Source: an uncultured Kiritimatiellota bacterium (GTDB taxonomy: Bacteria; Verrucomicrobiota; Kiritimatiellia; RFP12; DVOR01). Taken from it: 64,000 nucleotides of DNA. Under the pieces are notes generated by a model that searched no databases, was not told the DNA's origin, and worked only from the letters and a program-made list of their open reading frames with translations. The stretch spans positions 3,479-67,478 of the forward strand of contig CALXMT010000011.1 of the NCBI GenBank assembly GCA_944389545.1, written 5' to 3'. The translations under genes were made by a program, and so were the position numbers. This document shows, piece after piece, positions 29,401-36,982 of the stretch (position 1 is the first letter of the stretch; every line of letters begins with the position of its first letter).

Positions 29401-30908
29401 CGCGGGATCTGAATCCGCGCAACGCGTTGGTGACGGAGCACTTGCACCGTGACGTGGACGTGTCGGAGCCGAGTGGTTTTGCGGCGGAGGTGTCGGCGGA
29501 GATTTCGCGGTTTGGTACGCGTGAGGGGGATCCGACGTTGCGTGAGATTCGGGCGCGGTGTGGGAGCAAGGCGCGGTTTTATGAGGTGCTGGGGGCGGTG
29601 TATGAGACGGCGGAGGCTGTTCGGAGCGGGCTTGCGGATGTGGTGACGGGGCGTAAGCGTGCGATGATGGAGAACGCTGGGCTTCAGGCGGCGGACTTCA
29701 TCAAGCACAATGCGACGGCGCGTGCGACGGCGTTGGGGCGGAAGCTCTACCTGATGGGGCGTGAGTTTGCGTGGAAGCTGTATCAGGAGGACATCGCGGC
29801 GGCGCGTGCGGAGGTGGAGCGTCAGCGTAGGAAGGCGAGTGAGGCGCGTGGGGAGGCGCGTGCGGCGAAGGCGCAGACGCGGAACGCCGAGCGGCGCGAG
29901 GAGACGGCGCGGAATCAGGCGTACCAGAATCGGTGGGGGCTTGCGGAAGAGCGTTTCATGCGCGAGTACGAGCGGGCCTTGTTGCGCCATCAGGCGGCGC
30001 GGAAGGTGTCCGACGTGCGCGAGAAGATGCAGGAGCAGGTGGACCTCTTGCGGTTGCGGGAGGCGAAGAAGCGTGCGTTGGAGCGCGAGCGCGGGGTGAC
30101 GTTCACGGCGTTGAAGGCGACGCTTGGGGTGGACATCCCTGCGCGGTTGCGTGCGTTGGCCGGGACGCAGGAAGACCCATTCGAGGCGGCGGCGAAGCTG
30201 ATTGCGGAGATTGACGACGGGTTCGACAAGTGGGTGAAGCGCGACCGGCGGGATCTGTTGGACGGGACGGAGCCCTATACGTATCTGAACGAGCAGGGCG
30301 AGCGGGCGTACGCCGAGACGATGGGGAACGTGCTGAAGGCCGTGGCGCGGGATTTGTCTTACGGGACACTGCGCGAGGCCTTGCTGAACGCGGCGGACAA
30401 GATTGCGCGTGCGAAGCCCGAGGCGTTGCGCGTGATCGTGGAAGGGAAGCTGGGGCGCGTGGCGCGTGTGTTGCGGTTGGCGCAGAACGCGGACATCGTG
30501 ACGTTGGCGCGGCGGCGGATCAAGAGCGCGTTGGCCGAGGCGAACAAGCGGCTGTCGAGCGCGAACTCCGGCATGCGGACGCGGTACATGACGGCCATGC
30601 GCAAGCAAGCTAAGGAGCTCATCAAGACCATGCAACTGGCGGTGAGCGCACAGGACAACACGAAGGCCTCGGAGAAGAAGCGTTATGCGATGTTGGCCGA
30701 GCGTGCGCGGCTGGCCGAGGAGCTGAAGGTGATTGAGAGCGGGAAGACGCCTGACGACTTGGCGAAGGACGAGACGCTGACCGACCGCCAACATCAGGAC
30801 GCGGTGAAGCTGATGTTCTTGGAGAAGTTTGGGGATCTGAGCTATACGATCGACCCGGCGGAAGTGTGGGCGAAGGCGGCGGAGGCCGAGGGCTTTGTTG
30901 TATCTTGA
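26406..30908 (+). CDS. giant hypothetical protein (~1430-1500 aa): N-terminal HExxH zincin-like motif (HLIGHELGHNLM), then long Glu/Lys/Arg/Ala-rich coiled-coil regions; possible toxin/effector-like or phage-derived cargo
   Basis: Single uninterrupted ORF. The coding strand is strongly depleted in C at codon position 3, with interspersed AT-richer blocks. Low-GC DNA flanks both sides (26317-26600, 30909-31250). The true start is uncertain: GTG at 26406, or near 26592 where the composition switches. Confidence 0.6.
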   Translation: MEVINDSRTFAKDLASTFLTSMVTLLLIERCAISQTCHLTNYTHSPKHCPQSITFSPIRLESPLPHGADGVFIHDRLGRRKDATGAIVDLIRVASSSGMGSTHLIGHELGHNLMSIARDAGVITEAQQKELDALFTDKNGKFDEEAFAEAFARELKRAFFETVQKRMEDVPATKAGRALRRVADFVVTLARSFAFWRQERGLDPVTGQPLQAGQVLDAFLKRERTAEDEATQVANAARAAEARATQEAMAKAPTQTVVDEDGTEVAYHEAERGDKSNKKASELNSVPKHDGIGEDVLDALDVMLRTEGDTTIYTREFGDVLLPFGRFLNQVPGLKGKGFLHILEERTGKDNLSVPAAVEVFLRSVEAAVRGKEIRALNQENRYAIDLDGYRAIIADNGDSREFITGYKIFTEAEKKKREQEKKEKEEERSDVETDAIRQSANYDPARHGRLRQEGAERLRERIAQLLAGRQVPKSVEELAQELEDLDIAHYRLLNAQKKAEENGASQEELDALQKDIDENRAKSKQVAKAKKKLNQQRAKERKLYGDPNEERRDHIKVWSGAPQEFAVPSLAYVGSGTGGNNEGRGLYSSGVRGVAQDKYARGALRWWEPYVQTGRIIFDGKVFDNARRFFNSLGDSLAGTFYTGDGLKRTADGNYLADGVAYSEDVVLLYAIARGLSYSAFRSEEFYEFILFQGRSATNLKDDRIHKKTLEYANDIYDTLDDYKNPEDREMAKFFADLVKTKLAKKKDWIAFWDSILKKAEPELVRTEDPPPAVMEQTWFTNRPEGDVSHLLNWFEAVTPEQMGWILDGARKAGFSEEEIAFLQRERIDDDDVLIEDGNRMPSGREMYMRLEAIAMMRDGRYGEMSFDAITTEELWKAHANVMGDIGRFASEFFVSADIDGMMYPVDYRHGNRDGRVSGWNYVAFSDEHLRVDHVYEYNPETDDFELKWHESEGGASLRFTETPLGQELVAEAFDAIVGSRVDLLLRPSRYYGNPYETRDLNPRNALVTEHLHRDVDVSEPSGFAAEVSAEISRFGTREGDPTLREIRARCGSKARFYEVLGAVYETAEAVRSGLADVVTGRKRAMMENAGLQAADFIKHNATARATALGRKLYLMGREFAWKLYQEDIAAARAEVERQRRKASEARGEARAAKAQTRNAERREETARNQAYQNRWGLAEERFMREYERALLRHQAARKVSDVREKMQEQVDLLRLREAKKRALERERGVTFTALKATLGVDIPARLRALAGTQEDPFEAAAKLIAEIDDGFDKWVKRDRRDLLDGTEPYTYLNEQGERAYAETMGNVLKAVARDLSYGTLREALLNAADKIARAKPEALRVIVEGKLGRVARVLRLAQNADIVTLARRRIKSALAEANKRLSSANSGMRTRYMTAMRKQAKELIKTMQLAVSAQDNTKASEKKRYAMLAERARLAEELKVIESGKTPDDLAKDETLTDRQHQDAVKLMFLEKFGDLSYTIDPAEVWAKAAEAEGFVVS

Positions 30909-31236
30909 TACAAAACGTGCCGCCTGTTTTCGTTCATCGAGGCCTCAATAATAGAAACCGTAAACGCAGGCGGCACAAAAATAATGGACGCCGCTCAGCG
31001 ATTTGGCGGCGTTGAGTATGGAGGCACACCCACATCGCGGGACTTCCTCTAACCCTGACACCGATAGCATTGCACAATCTGGAGGGGATGTCAAACTTCT
31101 AGTCCCGGAAAGTTCTAGTGATCCTAGTCCTCCTAGAGGTCCGACCGCGTCGTGCTCTGCACTTTTCCTAAGAATACGCTATAAAAACAAGAGATAGTAC
31201 TTGCGATGCGCCTGCAATAAAGACGAATGGATAAGG

Positions 31237-31378
31237 GGTCGAGAAGGCCCCATAAAGGGGCTTTGGCGAGACCCTATAGGGGTCCGTGGTCAACCACTAT
31301 AGGGGTCGGGGTCGAGGCCCTATAGTGCTCCGAGGTGAGACCCTATAGTGGTCGGAGGCCAACCCTATAGGGTCTGAA
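31237..31378. repeat. array P1: ~6 tandem 23-bp repeats built on the palindrome CCCTATAGGGG (units …GAGACCCTATAGGGGTCCG…/…AACCACTATAGGGGTCGG…)
   Basis: Direct reading: period 23, a conserved CC(C/A)TATAG(G/T)GGTC core, no spacers. A homologous array lies at 47465-47605. Confidence 0.75.
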
Positions 31379-31387
31379 AAGAGGGGG

Positions 31388-32323
31388 TCAAAGGTAGGGA
31401 GAAAAGTCAGGGGGGAAGGGGGCCTGGAGGTCGAGGGGGAGGCCGGAAATGGGGTGGTTGAGGAGGAGGCGCCGAGCATGGAGGAGTTGGCGCGCAGGGG
31501 GATTGGGAAGGCGGTGGTCGAGCGCAGGTTTTCCATAGAGCGTGTCGCCAACAATGGGCGTGCCCAAGGAGGCGAGGTGGACACGGATTTGGTGAGTACG
31601 CCCGGTCTCGATGTCGCATTCCACGCGGGAAAGTCCATTCGGAAGGGTGGCAAGGACTTTCCAATGGGTGATGGCGCGTTTTCCGCCGGAGCGCAACACG
31701 GCCATCTTCTGGCGATTGGCGGGGCTGCGACCAATCTGCGTGTCGAGTGTGCCGGAAGGCGGCGGGGTGCCGTGGACGATGGCGACGTAGGTCTTGCGGA
31801 GGTCGTGGACGGCAAAGGCCTGGGCAAGCGCTTGATAAGCCCGATCATTCTTGGCAACGACCATGACACCGGAGGTGTCCATATCCAACCGATGGACGAT
31901 GCCGGGGCGCTTCTCGCCACCAATGCCACGAAGGTCGGGGCAATGCCAAAGGAGAGCATTGACCAAGGTGCCATGACTGTGGCCGCAGGCGGGGTGGACG
32001 ACCAGTCCGGCAGGTTTGTCGAGGGCCAAAAGGTCGTCGTCTTCGTAGAGAATAGAGAGGGGAATGTCTTCTGGGACAAGGTCAGTGGGTTCTGCAGGCG
32101 GAAGGGTGAGAATAAAGGTGGCACCGGGGATTGGCGCGGAGGAAAGCTTGGGCGCGGGGCGGCCCTCAAGGTCGGTGAGAAGGCCTTGTTTTGCAAGGGC
32201 CTGAATACGGGTGCGCGTGAGCTCGGGCAAGCGATGGGCAAGCCATTGGTCAAGCCGCCGCTCGGAGACACCCCCTTCGACAGTGAGGGTGAAGGATTCC
32301 AGTTCCTCGGGCGCCTCAGTCAT
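31388..32323 (-). CDS. RluA-family pseudouridine synthase (RluD/RluC-like, with S4 domain)
   Basis: HRLDMDTSGVMVVAKN catalytic motif, …GRTHQIRVHLA…, an N-terminal S4-like region. Start at MTEAP. Confidence 0.8.
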   Translation of the reverse strand: MTEAPEELESFTLTVEGGVSERRLDQWLAHRLPELTRTRIQALAKQGLLTDLEGRPAPKLSSAPIPGATFILTLPPAEPTDLVPEDIPLSILYEDDDLLALDKPAGLVVHPACGHSHGTLVNALLWHCPDLRGIGGEKRPGIVHRLDMDTSGVMVVAKNDRAYQALAQAFAVHDLRKTYVAIVHGTPPPSGTLDTQIGRSPANRQKMAVLRSGGKRAITHWKVLATLPNGLSRVECDIETGRTHQIRVHLASLGTPIVGDTLYGKPALDHRLPNPPARQLLHARRLLLNHPISGLPLDLQAPFPPDFSPYL

Positions 32324-33083
32324 ACCACACCTGCCAAAGGAAGAGTCCGCAAGCGGGCGCGGAGGGCACACGGGCCGTGCGAGGATTCCCCGGCGCGAGC
32401 AAGGCATCGACGGCCTCGGGCGGCTCTTGGCCGGCACCGACACGCAACAAAAAGCCGACCAGGCTACGCACCATCTTATAAAGGAACCCGTTGCCTTGGA
32501 CGCGGAAACAGATGCGCGAACCGCGCTTGGTCACCTCAAAGGCATAAATAGTACGGACGGTGGAGGCGATGGGACGGTTCGGATTGGCGGTGAAGGCCGC
32601 GAAGTCGTGCTCACCCACGAAGCGTTTGGCGGCCGCGCGCATAGCCGCGACATCGAGCGGGCGGACAATATGGGCGTGATAAAGCCGCTTGGTGGGAGGC
32701 ATCAAGCGCGTGTTCCAGACGTAGTAACGGTATTCCTTGTGATGGGCGGAAAAGCGGGCATGAAAGTCCGGGCCAACCTCTTTGCAAGAAAGGATGCGAA
32801 TGTCCGGGGGGAGGCGGCCATTGGCATTAAGCGCCATCTTGAGGCTGCGCTCGGTCATGCGGGTGACCAGGTCGCAATGGAAGACTTGGCCGCGGGCATG
32901 AACCCCATGGTCGGTGCGACCACTGGCGTGAATGTCGACGTGCGGGGCCTTGACGATGTCGGCAAGGACTTGCTCGATAGTCTCTTGCAGGCTGACGTAG
33001 CCAGGCTGGGTCTGCCAACCAAAATAGGCCGTGCCATCATAGGCACAGACCATCTTGAAGCGTCTGGGGGAAAGTGTATCCAT
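32316..33083 (-). CDS. truA: tRNA pseudouridine(38-40) synthase
   Basis: MVCAYDGTAYFGWQTQPG...RTDHGVHARGQV is canonical TruA; it overlaps the downstream rluA-family start by 8 nt. Confidence 0.85.
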   Translation of the reverse strand: MDTLSPRRFKMVCAYDGTAYFGWQTQPGYVSLQETIEQVLADIVKAPHVDIHASGRTDHGVHARGQVFHCDLVTRMTERSLKMALNANGRLPPDIRILSCKEVGPDFHARFSAHHKEYRYYVWNTRLMPPTKRLYHAHIVRPLDVAAMRAAAKRFVGEHDFAAFTANPNRPIASTVRTIYAFEVTKRGSRICFRVQGNGFLYKMVRSLVGFLLRVGAGQEPPEAVDALLAPGNPRTARVPSAPACGLFLWQVWYD

Positions 33084-33086
33084 GGG

Positions 33087-34022
33087 TCAGCAGACGACGC
33101 ATCGGGCGACAAGGGCACGGAGGTCGTCGGTGGGGGGCGCAAGGAAGTGAAGCGGCGCGCCGGTGAGCGGATGGGCGCAATCAATGGTACGCGCGTGCAG
33201 GAAGTGTCTGGGAAAACCTTCGATGGCGGGACCGCCGTAGCGGGAATCGCCCAGAATGGGAAGTCCGGCGAAGGAGAGTTGGGCACGAATCTGGTGGGTC
33301 ACACCGGTGCGAATGGTAACGTCCAGAAGTGTGCAGGGACAGTCGCCGAGACGCAGGTGCTTAAGCGGGCGGTAATCGGTGACAGCGCGCATGGGGCGCT
33401 TGGCATCGCGCCACTTCTCGGCATCGACCATTCGGCCCGGGGCACGGGGGTTGTGCGCCAACAGATTCTCAAGACGGGCAGGGGCACGCACTTCCCCGGC
33501 GACAAGGGCCAGGTAACGCTTGACGACAGTGCGGGCGGCGAACTGCGCGCGAAGGGCAAGATAGGCGGCTTGATTGCGTGCGGCCAACACCAGGCCAGAG
33601 GTGTCACGGTCAATACGATGAAGCACGCCGCAGGTCAGCGGGCTGTCCCCCACCCCGGCGACCTCCGGGAAGTGAGCCAGGAGCGCGTTGGCAAGGGTGC
33701 CCTGCTCGGCGGGGTCGTTGGGCTGGCAATTCATGCCGGCAGGCTTGCGCAGAGCGATGAGCGCATCGTCCTGCCACAAGATGTCAAGCGGCAACGCGCG
33801 ATTGGGAAGGGGTTTGTCCGGCGCGGAGGGCTCCCACCCCAGGACATAGGGCTCGCCCAAGCGAACGGTTTCGCCTTTGGCACAAGGACGGCCGCGAAGG
33901 GTAAGGGCGCCTTTGGTCAAGGCACGGCGGACATCAGCATGGGAAAGCGCCGGATAGCGCAGGGAGAGCCAAGCATCGATGCGCAGGCCCTCCTCTTCCG
34001 GTTTGGGGAACAACTCACGCAT
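33087..34022 (-). CDS. RluA-family pseudouridine synthase (second copy)
   Basis: HRIDRDTSGLVLAARN...GVTHQIRAQL motifs. Start at MRELF; it overlaps the upstream helicase-nuclease stop by 8 nt. Confidence 0.8.
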   Translation of the reverse strand: MRELFPKPEEEGLRIDAWLSLRYPALSHADVRRALTKGALTLRGRPCAKGETVRLGEPYVLGWEPSAPDKPLPNRALPLDILWQDDALIALRKPAGMNCQPNDPAEQGTLANALLAHFPEVAGVGDSPLTCGVLHRIDRDTSGLVLAARNQAAYLALRAQFAARTVVKRYLALVAGEVRAPARLENLLAHNPRAPGRMVDAEKWRDAKRPMRAVTDYRPLKHLRLGDCPCTLLDVTIRTGVTHQIRAQLSFAGLPILGDSRYGGPAIEGFPRHFLHARTIDCAHPLTGAPLHFLAPPTDDLRALVARCVVC

Positions 34023-36978
34023 CGGCCACCTCCACGGAACGCCCGCTCCGGGTGAAGAGCAAGACCATGCGGATGGACTCCGGCGCAAATCCCGTGAGCG
34101 CAGCCAGGGCCACGCGATAATCTCGAAGTTGACGCTCGTAGGCGGAAGTTGCGACCGGCTCTCGAGAGGTCTTGAAGTCGTAGATCACGGCGCGGCGAGA
34201 GTCCGGGAAAATATGAACGCGGTCGAACTGTCCGACCAAGCGCCGAGTTTTGCCGCCTTCGCGCACGGTGACGGCGAAGGTCCGCTCACGCCACAATTCG
34301 CAAGGCTCTGCGGGACGCCGGAAGACCTCCGGGAAACAGAGTGGCTCATCGGCCCAAGCGATGTCGGCCAGACGTGCATGTTCGGAAATGCCAAAATTGC
34401 GCGCCGTGTCGGCCCCCTCGGCCAAGAGATCGGCGACAGAGGCCGCGCGCGCACTTTCAGACGGCAACTCAATCTCGTCGGCACGGTCTTCATCGACACG
34501 CACCCACGGCGTACGCTCGTCGATGGGTGGCGCAGGGGCGCGGTCTGGAACGGCCTGCCACCAATCCGGCGAACCGGCGGCATAGACCTCGGCAGCCCCT
34601 TCGTGGTCGGGGATCTTGTTGACCTCCCCGGTCACGCGATGGAAGAGCAACCAAGGACGCTTGGTCGGTTTGTCAACGTCTTTCAGGGGTGCGAAGACGA
34701 GTTGCTCAAAACGGGCACGCGTGACGGCCACATAGAGAGCGCAGAGGTCATCGCGGAAACGGGCAGAACGGCGGCGAAGCGCGGCGGTTTGGAGCGCCGG
34801 AACGGCTTCTGCGGTCGCGGAGAGCGCGGGCGTCTCAAGCACCCAGTCCGGGCCGACCTCGCAGGTGACGTCTCGCTCATTGGAAAGGTCGCCGTCAAGA
34901 ACGGTGAAGACGACATCAAAGGTGAGGCCCTTGGAGTGGTGCACGGTCATGAGGCTGAGCGTACCGGAGTCCGCCGAGCAGGGAATCGTTAGGCCCTCCA
35001 CAAGCTCGACAGCCTCGGTGGGGTCTGCCGCACCGGCGGAGTCCAACGATTCAAAGCCCTGTCGGATGGCGGAAAGCCCCTCCAAGTCCTGAGCGGACAG
35101 CCGGTTCTCCCGAATTGCATCGGCGAAAATCCCATCCAACCACGAGGCGTATCCTTGTTCGGAGAGCTGACGATTCCAGCGGGCCAACAAAACCCTATCC
35201 GGCTCTTCGGCGAGTCCAATCCGACGCAAGACTTCGCCCCAGAGCGTCGCACGAGGATCCGCCAACCAACGCAACAGCGCCCGCACCAATTGCCCCATCG
35301 GCGTCTCGGCGACGGTCATGGCGCCATCAATGGCACAATCCACGCCACGCGCGCGAAGCCGATTCTGAAGTTCATAGAGCGCGTCCCGCTTGAAGGCAAG
35401 GACGGCCAGACGCAACCGTTTAGCGGAGAGTAGCTTCCACCGCTCGGCAATAAGGTCCGCGAGCTGCTCCAACCACAACTCTTTATTCTTCCCGTCCAGG
35501 GTAACACAGCGGGCATACCCGGCGTCTTTGCGATGGGCCACATGGGGCCGCCAGGTCTTTTGCCAGGCCTGCAACGCTTCGTGCTGCCAAGGCGCCGCCG
35601 CGGTCGCCGTCAGAATATCGTCATCGGAAAGTTCGAAGACAGCGTTGATGAAATCGATGACAGCCGGGCTTGAACGATACGACTCCACCAAGGGCGCGCC
35701 GGCCGGGACATCCGGCACGCGTTGCACATCGCCGAACAGCGTGACATCGCCTCCGCGCCACCCATAGATGGATTGCTTCACGTCTCCCACATAGAAAAAG
35801 GTAGAATCCTCACCTTCGGCCAGTTCACGCGCGAGACTCGACAACACGTCCCATTGGGTGACGCTGGTATCCTGAAACTCATCGATCATCAAGTGACGCA
35901 CCGCCGTATCCATGCGATAGGCCACATACATCGCGGCCTCATCAGTCACGGAGAGTCGGCCACCCAAGCGCCGCGCCAACGTCTCAGTGAGTGCACCAAA
36001 GGTCAGCCTTCCCGTCTCATCGGCCAATCCGTCCGCCGCTCGATTGAGCGCGAGAATGGCGCGGTGAAGGCTAGCGGTATGATCCGCGGTCTGGCGCAAG
36101 TCACGCGCCAACAGGTCGTCCCACAGGGCCTTGGCGGCTGCTTGGCCATCCACCCCCAGTTCCAACACCTTCTTATAATATTTGTAGATACCCGTCTCGG
36201 CAAGCCCCCGCAACTTGTCTAGCTTGGCTTGGTCGGGAGAGACGCGTGCCTTCCACTCCCGAATACTCTTCAGTTCCGGATGATAAAGGTCCAAAGCCTT
36301 GAAATACGCCTTCGCGTGGGCGTCCGTCACGTCGGCGACCGGGACATCACGCAAGACCTGTACCAGGGCCTCCCGGTTGGTACACTCCTGCGGCAAATTC
36401 CCAAGACGCGAAAGGTCACCCCAGCCATCCGGATGTTCCCGCGCGACCTCCCCGAAGGCACTCAAAAAGCTGCGTAACCGTTCTGAAAGGGCCACGGCCG
36501 TCGCGGCGCCCTCGTAGTGCACGTCAAAGAGATTCAGCAATTCATCGCCAGAAGAGGCCGGCGTGTTGCGAAGGGCGCGGGCGACCGTTTCACGGAGCAT
36601 CGCCTTGGCCTCGGGGCCGTCTCCTTCTTCATAGAGCATGAAGTCCGGGGAAAGGCCCAGTTCGTAAGCGAAGAGTCGCGCCACCCGCGAGGAAAAGGCA
36701 TCGATGGTCGAGATTTGGAGCCGTGGGAGCGCGTCCAGCACAACTTCAAGGGCCTGGTCGCAGGTCAGCCAAGCAGGCTCCGACTCCACCTCATGATTAA
36801 GCAGACGCTCCACCACGGCGGCAAAGATTTCGCGCGTGGCGGCCCGCGTGAAGGTCAACGCACAGATGGTCTCAGGCCGAGCCCCGGCCATGACAAGACG
36901 GCAATAACGGCGCGAAAGCGCGAAGGTTTTGCCGCTTCCCGCCGAGGCACTGAGATACTGCGAGCCCAGGTCCTTCAC
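34015..36978 (-). CDS. UvrD/PcrA-like SF1 helicase fused to a C-terminal PD-(D/E)XK nuclease domain (AddA/AdnB-like)
   Basis: ASAGSGKTFAL Walker A, DEFQDTS motif II, and a C-terminal …AVIYDFKTS… nuclease motif; 987 aa. No partner subunit gene in the window. Confidence 0.7.
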   Translation of the reverse strand: MKDLGSQYLSASAGSGKTFALSRRYCRLVMAGARPETICALTFTRAATREIFAAVVERLLNHEVESEPAWLTCDQALEVVLDALPRLQISTIDAFSSRVARLFAYELGLSPDFMLYEEGDGPEAKAMLRETVARALRNTPASSGDELLNLFDVHYEGAATAVALSERLRSFLSAFGEVAREHPDGWGDLSRLGNLPQECTNREALVQVLRDVPVADVTDAHAKAYFKALDLYHPELKSIREWKARVSPDQAKLDKLRGLAETGIYKYYKKVLELGVDGQAAAKALWDDLLARDLRQTADHTASLHRAILALNRAADGLADETGRLTFGALTETLARRLGGRLSVTDEAAMYVAYRMDTAVRHLMIDEFQDTSVTQWDVLSSLARELAEGEDSTFFYVGDVKQSIYGWRGGDVTLFGDVQRVPDVPAGAPLVESYRSSPAVIDFINAVFELSDDDILTATAAAPWQHEALQAWQKTWRPHVAHRKDAGYARCVTLDGKNKELWLEQLADLIAERWKLLSAKRLRLAVLAFKRDALYELQNRLRARGVDCAIDGAMTVAETPMGQLVRALLRWLADPRATLWGEVLRRIGLAEEPDRVLLARWNRQLSEQGYASWLDGIFADAIRENRLSAQDLEGLSAIRQGFESLDSAGAADPTEAVELVEGLTIPCSADSGTLSLMTVHHSKGLTFDVVFTVLDGDLSNERDVTCEVGPDWVLETPALSATAEAVPALQTAALRRRSARFRDDLCALYVAVTRARFEQLVFAPLKDVDKPTKRPWLLFHRVTGEVNKIPDHEGAAEVYAAGSPDWWQAVPDRAPAPPIDERTPWVRVDEDRADEIELPSESARAASVADLLAEGADTARNFGISEHARLADIAWADEPLCFPEVFRRPAEPCELWRERTFAVTVREGGKTRRLVGQFDRVHIFPDSRRAVIYDFKTSREPVATSAYERQLRDYRVALAALTGFAPESIRMVLLFTRSGRSVEVADA

Positions 36979-36982
36979 GACC

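Noticed and set aside
30909-31236. Short ORF 31003..31197 (64 aa) and an imperfect long-loop hairpin (GTGCCGCCTG…CAGGCGGCAC, ~30917-30975) in the low-GC DNA after the giant ORF
   Set aside because: The ORF has no RBS and no conservation signal. The hairpin has a ~40-nt loop and no U-tract, so I do not call it a terminator. The segment is better described as non-coding flank of the acquired islet.
31237-31378. Possibility that the 23-bp tandem arrays (here and 47465-47605) are CRISPR arrays
   Set aside because: Repeat units abut each other with no unique spacers, units are only ~23 bp, and no cas genes are in the window. They fit better as satellite/REP-like or protein-binding arrays.
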